Source of the DNA: a virus
Taxonomy: Duplodnaviria; Caudoviricetes
Length of the DNA: 50,440 nt
Reading direction: 5' to 3' (one strand)
Virus record (IMG/VR): IMGVR_UViG_3300033388_005055
Location: 1 to 50,440 of that record
Shown piece by piece: positions 27,000 through 36,351 of the stretch (positions are counted from its first letter, which is position 1; each line of letters starts with the position of its first letter). Under the pieces are notes generated by a model. The model worked only from the letters and a program-made list of their open reading frames with translations, was not told where the DNA came from and did no database searches. The position numbers and the translations under genes are program-made.

Positions 27000-27539
27000 C
27001 TACTTATCTTCTTCTACAATTTCTTCAGGTTGTTTTGCTTCATAATAACCTTTCTTGATAAGAGTATCATAAACCTTTTTATCAGTTGTGGTGATAACAC
27101 CCTCAACGATTTCGAGATCTATATTCTCATCTTTAATGGTTATTACAGTTTTCCCGCTTTTTTTCTCATCATCCATATTGTCTGGATGTCCGGCGAAATA
27201 AGTGTATTTTTTAGCAGGGGCTTTTTTCTTTGTGGTGCCTTCTTTGAAGGTTGCCTCTTCAATAAGTCCAGCATCAATAAAAGCTTTTCTGTAGATAGAT
27301 TTCTTCCCTTTCTCCCATGTTGTCGGGAGAGTGAAAGAGCCATCTTTAAGTTTAATTCTGGTTGGTTTTTCTTCACCCACATTCAGGAAGATTGAAGATT
27401 CCCCCTGAACGGGAGTAGGGAACCGAAACACTATGATATGATCAGGATGATTCCTGAAATCTGGTTTCGATCCTCTATTTACAACACCAGTATTAGGATC
27501 TTTTCTTTTCAAAAGATCGCTTGACGTTTTAACTCCCAT
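27000..27539 (-). CDS. Hypothetical protein after the major capsid gene
   Basis: RBS GGAGGTGG; Lys-rich. Confidence 0.65.
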   Translation of the reverse strand: MGVKTSSDLLKRKDPNTGVVNRGSKPDFRNHPDHIIVFRFPTPVQGESSIFLNVGEEKPTRIKLKDGSFTLPTTWEKGKKSIYRKAFIDAGLIEEATFKEGTTKKKAPAKKYTYFAGHPDNMDDEKKSGKTVITIKDENIDLEIVEGVITTTDKKVYDTLIKKGYYEAKQPEEIVEEDK

Positions 27540-27552
27540 TACTCACCACCTC

Positions 27553-28929
27553 CTACGCGGTTTTGTATCCTCTCACGATTCCACTTGTCGCCTCGAAAGC
27601 ATCAATCAGAGCCGGATAAGATTTAACCAGGAACGGTACAAAGTCGTCAGTTTCAGCCAGAGGCTTAACTGTAGCAAGTCCCTCATAACGAGAACCGGCA
27701 CTATTTGTATAAGCCAGTTTACCCATTCCCTGGAATTCATCCAAGTCCCAGAAGAAAATAACTTCCATAGGATTCAGGGCAGTTCCCTCAAGAGGAATAT
27801 CAGCCTGCATATGTACAGGAACTGTAGCATCAGGTGTAAGGGGATCAGTAGTGAAAACTATTGAAGTAGTATTCCCTGTTTTTGTTCCATCACCATCATA
27901 AGTATATCCAGCAACAACAGCGACAAGAACTTCTGTGTCAGTTGTATCGGCTGCATAAACTTTGTAGAACATAGCGTCTGCATCTTCAGTAAGAGTCAAT
28001 GTAATTGTTGAAGCTGAGCCAGTTGTGGTCTGAGTAAGTTCTGTGTACGCTCTCTGCTCTCCATCCCATGTGACTGCTGCAACTTTGAAGAAATAATCAT
28101 CAGCTGCGATAGTTCCACCACTTGTAGCAGTTCCGATTGTTACAGTTCCAGTCTGTTTCACTGGTCTTGTTGCTGTAGTTTCAACAATTGGAATATCTCT
28201 ATAAGTCTGTAATCTCCAACCACCATCAACTTCAACAACGGATGTTCCTCTGATCGCTTCTCTATTATCTCTAACCTGAGTATAAAGTCTTGAGAATACG
28301 GAAAGCATTTCAGGAGACATCTCGAATACACGACGATGAGAAGAACCGTTTTTCCTCATGTTATGGTCAATAATATCATCAAGAACGGCAAGGGAACCAG
28401 GAACCGCACCAGCTGCGACAGTATTTTTTCTATATGTCGCGATAAAAGTATCGAGACCGTCGAAAGTATACGGATCGGCTGCTTTGTTACCGTAGAGAAT
28501 ATAAGTTCTCATGTCATTTCCGAATGACTGAAGATGGGTTTCCATCTCGAAAGCCTGGGCATCCATATAATTGGCTGCTGCATCCTGCAAGAATCCAGTA
28601 ACAGCACCTTTTCTTTTCAGAACTTTCAGTTCAACAGAAGCTCTCTGAACAGAACTGTTTCGAGTTGGTGTCACTGAGTTTTCACCCATGGCAGAACCAG
28701 GTCCGGGAAGAGAAATGAGTCTATTAAACTCATGGAATTTCTGGTTATCAAATTTGAGAACCGGAATAGCCAATTCAGGAACAAGTCTCACAAGTGTGTT
28801 AGTGATAACCTCTTCCAAATGTTCGGGTACTAATGCCCCACCAACACCTGATGCAGAGCTAAAAGCTTTCTGAATCAGGCTTTTTGATTCGGGGGTACCG
28901 AATAGTTTATTAAAAGTAGTAACATTCAT
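27553..28929 (-). CDS. Major capsid protein (HK97 fold) with an inserted Ig/FN3-like domain
   Basis: GGALVPEHLEEVIT..HEFNR..ILYGN..FDGL..YRDIPIVET; follows protease and scaffold. Confidence 0.85.
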   Translation of the reverse strand: MNVTTFNKLFGTPESKSLIQKAFSSASGVGGALVPEHLEEVITNTLVRLVPELAIPVLKFDNQKFHEFNRLISLPGPGSAMGENSVTPTRNSSVQRASVELKVLKRKGAVTGFLQDAAANYMDAQAFEMETHLQSFGNDMRTYILYGNKAADPYTFDGLDTFIATYRKNTVAAGAVPGSLAVLDDIIDHNMRKNGSSHRRVFEMSPEMLSVFSRLYTQVRDNREAIRGTSVVEVDGGWRLQTYRDIPIVETTATRPVKQTGTVTIGTATSGGTIAADDYFFKVAAVTWDGEQRAYTELTQTTTGSASTITLTLTEDADAMFYKVYAADTTDTEVLVAVVAGYTYDGDGTKTGNTTSIVFTTDPLTPDATVPVHMQADIPLEGTALNPMEVIFFWDLDEFQGMGKLAYTNSAGSRYEGLATVKPLAETDDFVPFLVKSYPALIDAFEATSGIVRGYKTA

Positions 28930-28939
28930 TTATTTACTC

Positions 28940-29674
28940 CTAGTTTCTTTTTTTCAAAAGTGTTCCGATAGCTCCAGCAAGTTCACTATGCTGATCTTTC
29001 TTTACACTAAAATTGTTTGTCTGTGGAGTCTGATTAACGGAATTTCCACCCGCATTTTTCAGAACTTCCATAAACGCATTCATGATCATAGCAGAATCAG
29101 TATTCTGTACAGGTGTATGTTTTGGAGCTGATTTCTGTACCATCTGCTCGGCCATCTGATCAGTGAATCCGATTCCATCAAGGATATTACTCATAGCAAG
29201 ATCAGTCTGACCCTGTTTATCGGAAATTGACTTCATTACTGAGGTCATTTCAGAAAGAGCGTTCATGATAAGAGCGTCTGTCCCTTTGGGAGCTGCTGAT
29301 TTCTGGACTTTTTTAGGCTGGGAAGATTTCTGAACAAGGTTCATAAGAGCTGCGAGAGCTGCTTTTCCGACTTCAGATTCATTCAACTCATTGTTGAGCG
29401 TTGGATCTTCAACTCTGTCTTCAGCTTTTGTAGAAGGATTGGCAGTAGGCCCGTTGTTTTCTTTTTTCACTTCGTCCTCTTCGTCATCCTTAGCTTTCGC
29501 GACATCATCTTCTTCATTGTCTCCAGACATCATGACTTCATCTTCTACCGGATTCATGTTCCCGCCAGCCATGAGCTGAGAAATCATAGTTCCGATGTTC
29601 TCTAAAATTGTAATTTCTTCAGGTGCCATTTTCTGAACTTTACTAACCTGATTCTTTTTATTAACTGCGCTCAT
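28940..29674 (-). CDS. Capsid scaffolding protein
   Basis: Acidic, low-complexity, helical, with repeated VQKS; RBS GGAGG. Confidence 0.7.
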   Translation of the reverse strand: MSAVNKKNQVSKVQKMAPEEITILENIGTMISQLMAGGNMNPVEDEVMMSGDNEEDDVAKAKDDEEDEVKKENNGPTANPSTKAEDRVEDPTLNNELNESEVGKAALAALMNLVQKSSQPKKVQKSAAPKGTDALIMNALSEMTSVMKSISDKQGQTDLAMSNILDGIGFTDQMAEQMVQKSAPKHTPVQNTDSAMIMNAFMEVLKNAGGNSVNQTPQTNNFSVKKDQHSELAGAIGTLLKKRN

Positions 29675-30638
29675 CGTTTCCTCCACGCATTTTCACGAGT
29701 TTTTCCACCATCGACTCAAGCCCTAACAGAGCACGTAAATGGTTGGAATCCTGGTAAACTTCACCACCACCATCAGGTGAGGGATTCGTATTTTTGAAAA
29801 TGCCTTCATTCTGAAGGATAAGATTTACCATCAAATCGCTATATTCTTGATACAGAATTTGAAGCTTCTCTTTAGAAGTCCCATGTCTGTCATTAGAAAC
29901 TAATTCATGTATGGCCTGGTCGAGTTCATCTTCTATCATGTATTTTTTCTGATAGAAAGAATTACTCATTTCGGCCTGGTCCAATTTTTCATGCAATCTC
30001 TGACTGAGATCCTTATGAATTTTTTCAGCCACTTCGGGGGGAACTATTCCCAGGGCTTTATAAACAGAAGTCGCAACAGAATCTTTATAGGCCGGGCGGG
30101 GAACGACGACAACTCCGTCAAGTTGAACAGCATTCATAACACGTTTCCCTGTTCCGTCCATTGTTAAAATACCATTATCCGGAATTTCTCCCTCAATAGA
30201 AAAACCTTTCTGTTTCGCTTTTTTATATGGAGGTAAACCTTTGGTTTGCTTCCATAGATCATCGGCTCTCTCAAGTTTAACCGGGCCTATTCCATCTAAT
30301 TCATCATAAAGACGAAATTCGGTGTACCAATCTCCAGTCGGAGTTATTTCGGAATGAGCCAATAAGCCAAGATCATCAATGAAATTGACACCGTGTTGCC
30401 CTTCGTACAGAAGGATATCCCCGGATTCGGCTTGTTCATGAAAAGATTTGATGCAAGCTTCAGTCATATGTTCGCCGTGAAGGTCTTTTCTAATTCCAGA
30501 GGAAATACCTGTCAGATATCTTCTCTTTCGTCCACCTTCATCTTTTTCTACAGCATGATTCCCATGCTCAAAACCAAACGGTTGAAATCTAAAACTAATA
30601 TGTCTAGTTTCGTTTTCTATACCTGTTTCTTTATTCAT
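29661..30638 (-). CDS. Prohead protease
   Basis: GISSGIRKDLHGE..QH..KGFSIEG..VVVVPRPAY. Confidence 0.8.
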   Translation of the reverse strand: MNKETGIENETRHISFRFQPFGFEHGNHAVEKDEGGRKRRYLTGISSGIRKDLHGEHMTEACIKSFHEQAESGDILLYEGQHGVNFIDDLGLLAHSEITPTGDWYTEFRLYDELDGIGPVKLERADDLWKQTKGLPPYKKAKQKGFSIEGEIPDNGILTMDGTGKRVMNAVQLDGVVVVPRPAYKDSVATSVYKALGIVPPEVAEKIHKDLSQRLHEKLDQAEMSNSFYQKKYMIEDELDQAIHELVSNDRHGTSKEKLQILYQEYSDLMVNLILQNEGIFKNTNPSPDGGGEVYQDSNHLRALLGLESMVEKLVKMRGGNDERS

Positions 30639-31462
30639 AATGCCTCTTTTATTTCTGCAAAATGTTCTATGTCGCAATTGCAATTAATATTTTGCTCTTT
30701 GCGCGCTTCTGGATCATGTGGCCTACTCATCGGAGTATTATCTATGATCTCTCCCTTATGATTATATAACGGAACGATAAATTTTTCATTAAAATCTATA
30801 ATCTGTCCATTAACTTCATTATGTCCCTTCCTTGGCTTTATTGATAGTGACTTGTTTTGTCTCCACTTTTTCCTCATTCTCATATCAGGATTTTTGGAAA
30901 GCATGTCTTTAGTATATGCATCTTTGATGTCATTAATTGCGGATCTGGCCTCGGTCACTGCAATGGTTTTTATATTGGTAGGGATACCGAAGCGGGGATC
31001 TATTTTTGTATATTCGTTGAAAGTCTCTTTTATCTTAGCCTGGAAAATATCTATTAATTCAGGATTGATAGTCCCGGCCTTTGCACCACGTCTCCGGAGG
31101 AATGCGGGCTCATCTGTTTTTGCGGTTCTGAACTCTAAAAGAGTTTGTTGAAGATCCTCTGAAAGTTTAGTCCTTAAAGAGTTGGTTATTAACTGTCCCT
31201 GATCTGCAGTCTTTTTTATGTATACCGCATTTGTGGGTAGAACTTCAGAGACATCAGGAAGAATAAATCTTTTCTCTTTTGTCGATACTCTGGATAAAGA
31301 TTTCGTCCAGTGCTCATCGGTCAGTTTAGCAGTGGCCTCTGTAATATTTTTAGTATTACGGGCAAGAATCTGATTCATGAGAATCTGATAATTTTCACCT
31401 GAGACATTACGGGGATCAACTCCGTATTTTTTCGCTAACCGATTAAGATAGATTTTTGCCAT
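30635..31462 (-). CDS. Head morphogenesis protein (Mu gpF/SPP1 gp7-like)
   Basis: IAVTEA..KKW..PRKGHNEVNG..PHDP..NINCNC. Confidence 0.8.
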   Translation of the reverse strand: MAKIYLNRLAKKYGVDPRNVSGENYQILMNQILARNTKNITEATAKLTDEHWTKSLSRVSTKEKRFILPDVSEVLPTNAVYIKKTADQGQLITNSLRTKLSEDLQQTLLEFRTAKTDEPAFLRRRGAKAGTINPELIDIFQAKIKETFNEYTKIDPRFGIPTNIKTIAVTEARSAINDIKDAYTKDMLSKNPDMRMRKKWRQNKSLSIKPRKGHNEVNGQIIDFNEKFIVPLYNHKGEIIDNTPMSRPHDPEARKEQNINCNCDIEHFAEIKEAL

Positions 31463-31596
31463 TAAAGCCTCTTTCTTGGGGGCGCTGTCAAAGGTGCTGG
31501 AGGCTTTGGCATATATATTCTTTCACAATTACACATTAAGTAATTATCTTTTAATATTCTTTCTTTACGACATTTTTTGCATATTTGCTTAGGCAT
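31462..31596 (-). CDS. 44-aa Zn-finger/Pro-rich mini-protein (not in ORF track)
   Basis: MPKQICKKC..MCNCERIYMPKPPAPLTAPPRKRL; TAATG coupling at both ends. Confidence 0.55.
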   Translation of the reverse strand: MPKQICKKCRKERILKDNYLMCNCERIYMPKPPAPLTAPPRKRL

Positions 31597-31835
31597 TATA
31601 TCACCATATGAATATGATCTTGGGCGGGCTGTACTTCATAATTTTTAATATCATGAATATGCTCAACAGCACTATTCCCGATCATTCCAGTGGTGGCACC
31701 GTTCCCGTCACGGTCGATTAAATAACTGTGGCTATGTTCTCCGGTCGTGGTAGTCGCTCCGGTTTTCTGTAGTGCATCGTGTACGCCTGCAAGATTTTTC
31801 TGTACATCTCTAAAATTGTTGTAAACTGATTTCAT
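31596..31835 (-). CDS. His-rich (3x HxH) small protein
   Basis: EHSHSY...EHIHDI...DHIHMV. Confidence 0.65.
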   Translation of the reverse strand: MKSVYNNFRDVQKNLAGVHDALQKTGATTTTGEHSHSYLIDRDGNGATTGMIGNSAVEHIHDIKNYEVQPAQDHIHMVI

Positions 31836-32119
31836 ATATTCCTCCGTCTAACTAATTCTAACATATTTTCATTAATTTTATTTAACATAATCGATCTCTT
31901 GCTTTTCTCAATTATAATAGCGCCCGTCTCCCCTTGTGGAGATAAAAATCCGGTTATATCATCTATCAACTGCTCTGGAGTTTTCTCATCGTCAAAAGTT
32001 TCCGACATGATAAGTTCTTCTAAAACTTTGAAATATGCAAATAAATCCTGTTCTAATGGTGTGGTCATTTTATCGAATTGAGGCTGGGTTATTTTGCTGT
32101 CGGTTATTTTTGCAGCCAT
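31832..32119 (-). CDS. Hypothetical protein
   Basis: Coupled to the portal stop. Confidence 0.6.
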   Translation of the reverse strand: MAAKITDSKITQPQFDKMTTPLEQDLFAYFKVLEELIMSETFDDEKTPEQLIDDITGFLSPQGETGAIIIEKSKRSIMLNKINENMLELVRRRNI

Positions 32120-33693
32120 TATAGAGTTCTTACCTCACCAGTCATATTAATTGGATTAACTGCCGAACCGTCCGGGGCTTTTGCTCCCATTGCTGAGGGT
32201 CTTTCATATTCTTCTTCTGGATAGACATCGTCTCCTCTGGCTTCTCTCAACTCATTTGTTGAATATGTTCCAGTGTTGATTTTCTGCTGTTCAAGCTGAA
32301 CTTGCTCCTGCTCAGATAATCCAACGTCGAATTTAAACTCGTAATCATAACCGAAACGATAGGGAAGAATATCTCTATTCATAAGATGCTCGATCATTTT
32401 CAGAATAGGACCAATCCCTTTTTCCTGTTCAATATCTTTCTGAATATCTGAGGTTTCTTTTCCGGAGGTAAACTCACCACCTGCAAGATTGATTTCCATA
32501 TTTGTCATATTGAAAATAAGGGCAACATCCCGGAGGAGTTTGTCCTGTCTAGCCTGTTGAGCGGTGAAAGTATCCGATCTGGTCAAGTCGATTACTGTTG
32601 GATTTCCGACTCCGGATATTGTTTTAATCGCTTCCTGTCTGGCTGTATTTAGGGCGGTTTCTATTCGTTTCTGTTCTGCTTTCGGCATGGACTGATCAAA
32701 AAGTGTATCTGTAAGATTTCCCATTGGTGCGGGATCTTTTCCGAATGCAATAAGTTTCTCAGGAGGTCTTGTCCCGTCGGCCTGATCCGCTGCTCTTTTA
32801 TCGAACAAGAGAGATTCAGCAACTTTATTGATCAGAGCTTCGACCGGAACCTCTCCCATTGTCTGCCAGGATACCGGAACATATCTGATATAAGAAATCT
32901 CATTCGCGAAATATGCTTTTGATTCTAACGATGGAATTATCTGAAAATACATTTCAGGCCCGCCGACATGAGTTTGACGGTATGGGAAAATTGTCCCGCC
33001 CGGAAGAATGTAGAAATTCTCTATCTGCTGCTCGGGATTAGATTCTTTATAGATTCCGGCTGATCCATGTAACATCAAGTCAACTGTTGTTTTATGAAGG
33101 AAGTCAGAGAAGGTAACACCGAGAGACGGTTGTTTAATCCATTCGGAAATTATATCATTTTCACCTTTGTCTGATCTCTCATTCTGCTTTTTATATCTTC
33201 TGAGCGCTCCTGAAAAATTGGAAAGATCATCTTTCAATCCCGGAATAATAGCTTGAAGTTTTGATTTTATCTGAAATCTGATTGTCATAGATTTGACATC
33301 AAGGTCGGAAAATTCATCATAAACTTCTTTCAGCTCTTTGGCTTGGATAATCAGTTTTTCAATATCTTTGTTTTTTTTCGTTATGGTCCATTTTAAAGAT
33401 GAGATTCTTTTAGCTCTGGAAGTAAGAACACCCTGCAGCATAGTTGACCGTTTAAACATCTCGATTCTATCTGCAATGGAAAGCGCAAATAACGGGCGCT
33501 GAACTGTCCCGGTTAAATAGTTCCCGCTTTGGGCTCGACCTGTTACACCCTGTAACTGACTGACATTGTAAATATTTAATCCCCGATCGTCCGGGCTAGT
33601 GTGTGGATTCGGTCCCGATGGTGCACCCTGGAAAGTATCACCTGATTCGGCAAGATAAGCTTTTTCTACTTTGGTATTGGTATCTTCTGACAT
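32119..33693 (-). CDS. Portal protein
   Basis: DLMLHGSAGIY..GEVPVEAL..GIGPILKMIEHLMNRDIL..STNELREARG. Confidence 0.85.
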   Translation of the reverse strand: MSEDTNTKVEKAYLAESGDTFQGAPSGPNPHTSPDDRGLNIYNVSQLQGVTGRAQSGNYLTGTVQRPLFALSIADRIEMFKRSTMLQGVLTSRAKRISSLKWTITKKNKDIEKLIIQAKELKEVYDEFSDLDVKSMTIRFQIKSKLQAIIPGLKDDLSNFSGALRRYKKQNERSDKGENDIISEWIKQPSLGVTFSDFLHKTTVDLMLHGSAGIYKESNPEQQIENFYILPGGTIFPYRQTHVGGPEMYFQIIPSLESKAYFANEISYIRYVPVSWQTMGEVPVEALINKVAESLLFDKRAADQADGTRPPEKLIAFGKDPAPMGNLTDTLFDQSMPKAEQKRIETALNTARQEAIKTISGVGNPTVIDLTRSDTFTAQQARQDKLLRDVALIFNMTNMEINLAGGEFTSGKETSDIQKDIEQEKGIGPILKMIEHLMNRDILPYRFGYDYEFKFDVGLSEQEQVQLEQQKINTGTYSTNELREARGDDVYPEEEYERPSAMGAKAPDGSAVNPINMTGEVRTL

Positions 33694-33711
33694 ATAACCC
33701 TCTAACTATTA

Positions 33712-33740
33712 AATATAGACGATAAAAGGGAAGTTGTCAC
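33712..33740 (-). promoter_or_regulatory. Promoter for the portal/head operon
   Basis: GTGACA-17-TATATT just downstream of a terminator. Confidence 0.55.
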
Positions 33741-33761
33741 TATTGGGTGCTTAGAGAATAG

Positions 33762-33785
33762 AAAAAGCCCTACGGGTGTAGGGCT
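33762..33785 (-). terminator. Intrinsic terminator closing the cassette between terL and portal
   Basis: AGCCCTAC-4-GTAGGGCT followed by a U tract on the minus strand. Confidence 0.85.
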
Positions 33786-33805
33786 AGCGGGGTTAACCTA
33801 AGATA

Positions 33806-34126
33806 TTATTTAATGTGATAATTGACATCGCTTGTTAATCCATCGGAAATTACACAATTATCTCTTTCAATTTCATCGATGTATGTTCTAGCACTCGGGT
33901 AGTTAAGGTTAAAAGTTCGCTGTATGTCAGACATGGAGCATTTTTGGATTCTAATTATATGCTTTTCTATATTAATTTTATTCCAATTGTGGACGGCTAG
34001 CTCTGTGCTAGCTTTAGGTTTATATGAAATCCGGCAATTATCGCACACACAAAATGAAGCAGTAAAATTATGATGTATATATATTCCAAGGCTTCCACAC
34101 TCTACACATTTTACAATTTCTTCCAT
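33806..34126 (-). CDS. Lar-like Zn finger fused to an FtsK-gamma-like winged helix
   Basis: CVECG..CDNC..AVHNWN plus IIRIQKCSMSDIQRTFNLNYPSARTYIDEIE. Confidence 0.6.
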   Translation of the reverse strand: MEEIVKCVECGSLGIYIHHNFTASFCVCDNCRISYKPKASTELAVHNWNKINIEKHIIRIQKCSMSDIQRTFNLNYPSARTYIDEIERDNCVISDGLTSDVNYHIK

Positions 34127-34129
34127 CCC

Positions 34130-34276
34130 TCAATCCTCCCTGACCTTAATCTCAATTCTTCCGGCATCGTTTTTTCGGATACGGTCGGGGGTGATCGTCT
34201 GTTTTTTAATCCTGTGGTGTACCCCTTGAACCGTTAACCCGTTCGCTTTTGCGTATTCTTTTATTGTTTGGTACAT
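34130..34276 (-). CDS. Small excisionase-like (winged) HTH protein (48 aa, not in ORF track)
   Basis: MYQTIKEYAKANGLTVQGVHHRIKKQTI..KNDAGRIEI. Confidence 0.7.
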   Translation of the reverse strand: MYQTIKEYAKANGLTVQGVHHRIKKQTITPDRIRKNDAGRIEIKVRED

Positions 34277-34513
34277 TTAGGACTCCTGTAGATTTTCAAT
34301 AGCGTCTCTGACGATTACTAACATCTGATCCATTTTTACAATAAAATCATGAGCTTCTATGCAATCGCTTACTTTATCTTTATACGAAAAAACATCTTTC
34401 AAGGCATCAATCGCAATTCTGTAATCTTCTTCCAATGATCTAACTTCAGAAACAATAATAACCTCTTCATCAAAATAAGGTTTGGCAGGATAACTTTTTA
34501 ACTTCTCTCTCAT
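34277..34513 (-). CDS. Hypothetical protein
   Basis: RBS AAAGGAG; first gene after the promoter. Confidence 0.65.
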   Translation of the reverse strand: MREKLKSYPAKPYFDEEVIIVSEVRSLEEDYRIAIDALKDVFSYKDKVSDCIEAHDFIVKMDQMLVIVRDAIENLQES

Positions 34514-34536
34514 ATTTAATATTCTCCTTTACCAAA

Positions 34537-34581
34537 AGAATACAACACAATTAAAGAGATTGCAAGGAGTTTAAAGAGATT
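34537..34581 (-). promoter_or_regulatory. Sigma70 promoter with 11-bp direct repeats flanking the -35
   Basis: TTGCAA(34565)-17-TATTCT(34542); TTAAAGAGATT at 34551 and 34571. Confidence 0.7.
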
Positions 34582-34601
34582 TTAAGCTTTTACGCTTTTA
34601 C

Positions 34602-36146
34602 TCAAGCTCCCGCCAACCTAATCAACAGATTTCGAGCTATCAACTCATAAGCTGAAGCATGGAACAAATGATCCGGGCCGGTCTCGACCCATACATATTC
34701 ATTTCGTTTTTCATCATAGATTCTGGTGCTGGCCATCATATGATCATAATACTCGGGGATCTCTTTCGCATTTTTCGGGAGGAGTGTCTTTCTAAGTAGT
34801 ATTGATTCTTTCACATTGTCCAATGCTGAAGTACGATCCACTGTGATGGTCTTCTCTTCCATGTTCACCCGGTCTTCTTTCCCCCGACCATAGAAACAGC
34901 GGAATAATCCCGGATGTTTGGCGCAAAGCCTTTTTGACATCCTGGTTTCCGGGAGAGCGTCTATCACTCCGGCGACTATATTGTATCGCTCAAATAATTG
35001 ATTGACTTCCTCTTCAGACTGAACCGAACCGATAAACCTGGTTCGAAGTTCTCCAGAATCAGTCAAGCTAGAAATCTTTACATGAATCATTGTTCCAACG
35101 TCGAGCCCGGCAACACAAGCGGAATCAGTATAAAATTCATCAGTGAAGAAATCATTCACGCATCTGGAAAGCGCGGTCTCTGAAATGTTCGCACCTTCAG
35201 CCGTATATGGGAGACCGAAGTCAGCATTATAAACACGTTGCATGGTTGTGTCATTCATTAGACCTTTGTTGAATCTGTCGACGATTTCTCTCAAAGTAAC
35301 TTTTGTTGTAAACAATTTATTGATCTGCAGCCCGGTTCTCTTGTCCTTGAAAGTCGGTGCCCATAGACCATCACCCCTTCTATGTACTGGTTTCCCGCAT
35401 TGGTCACAGATAAGATTTATATCTCTGTCAGAATCCCAGTCATAGTCCTCATCCCGGATGACATATTCCTTTTCATCAACTTGTCTGAGTAAATGCTTGA
35501 ACGGGTCTGGTTGAATATAGTGCCCGCAATCGGCTTTTATATTCCATAAGGTCTGAGAAGATTCAAGCCAGTCAAGATGTATTCCGTATTTTAAAATAGT
35601 CGGGTTGGAAACATTCCAGTATCTCCGGTCGTCTGAGTTGGAAATTCTCTCGACTGCCATTTCGATGTTATCCTGATCACACTCGTTTTTCTCATCGATG
35701 ATATATACATCGGCGGGGAATTCAGTGAACCCTGCAGTTGAGTTGGAACCGACGAAAGCAATCGAACCATTTTTAATTATCTTCAGGGATACAGCATCAG
35801 ACCCCTTTATTGTTGAATCTCTCACTAGAGTTCTGTAGTAATCTGAATATTCAACTGATTTATTAAACCTGTTTTTTACGAATCTATTCCTGAGATTCTC
35901 ATCAGGGAGAACATGGAACACCTGTTTTCCTGAAGATGCAAGGGCAAAATCAAGAACAGACAACCATTCTGATAATCCCGACTGTGTTGACTTCATGATA
36001 TCTTTCCCGGACTCATCGAGATATATTTCCTTTTGATAAGGATAATTGACAAAATCCAACATCTGGTTTTTATGGGTTTTGTGGAATTTTGAGGCAATCC
36101 AGAATATATGATGATTATCGTGAAGGTATTTTTCTTGCTTGGTCAT
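34602..36146 (-). CDS. terL: Terminase large subunit (GpA-like ATPase plus RNase H-like nuclease)
   Basis: MKSTQSGLSE (Walker A variant), YIIDE (Walker B), SNPT, GLDVG, PDHLFHA. Confidence 0.9.
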   Translation of the reverse strand: MTKQEKYLHDNHHIFWIASKFHKTHKNQMLDFVNYPYQKEIYLDESGKDIMKSTQSGLSEWLSVLDFALASSGKQVFHVLPDENLRNRFVKNRFNKSVEYSDYYRTLVRDSTIKGSDAVSLKIIKNGSIAFVGSNSTAGFTEFPADVYIIDEKNECDQDNIEMAVERISNSDDRRYWNVSNPTILKYGIHLDWLESSQTLWNIKADCGHYIQPDPFKHLLRQVDEKEYVIRDEDYDWDSDRDINLICDQCGKPVHRRGDGLWAPTFKDKRTGLQINKLFTTKVTLREIVDRFNKGLMNDTTMQRVYNADFGLPYTAEGANISETALSRCVNDFFTDEFYTDSACVAGLDVGTMIHVKISSLTDSGELRTRFIGSVQSEEEVNQLFERYNIVAGVIDALPETRMSKRLCAKHPGLFRCFYGRGKEDRVNMEEKTITVDRTSALDNVKESILLRKTLLPKNAKEIPEYYDHMMASTRIYDEKRNEYVWVETGPDHLFHASAYELIARNLLIRLAGA

Positions 36147-36340
36147 ATGATAAAAGATCTTTTTATTGGTTTTTCTTTTTTCCCTTCAAGGCTCTGTAAC
36201 AATGTTGCTTGAAGTTCATCAATTCTATCTTTAAGTTTTTCGGTATCTTCCGGAGGAGTCCACCCGAGATCGATAAGAGTTTGTTTAAATTCTGGTACAG
36301 ATAACCATGCATCAAGAGAATCTTTCCATGCTTTATTCAT
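36143..36340 (-). CDS. Hypothetical protein coupled to terL
   Basis: RBS GGGGGG; ATGA overlap with terL. Confidence 0.6.
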   Translation of the reverse strand: MNKAWKDSLDAWLSVPEFKQTLIDLGWTPPEDTEKLKDRIDELQATLLQSLEGKKEKPIKRSFII

Positions 36341-36351
36341 AATATCCCCCC

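Noticed and set aside
31880-31907. dif-like site (TTATGTTAAAT XerD arm on the minus strand)
   Set aside because: Lies inside a CDS and the XerC arm position (GAAAAGCAAGA) does not match
4430-33752. Shared late-promoter motif (A)AGCAC upstream of lysis, neck and portal genes
   Set aside because: Only 5-7 nt, and not at a consistent position relative to the -10 at the portal promoter; cannot be separated from chance
34130-34276. Excisionase implying an integration module
   Set aside because: No integrase or att core recognised; a cassette regulator is the more economical reading
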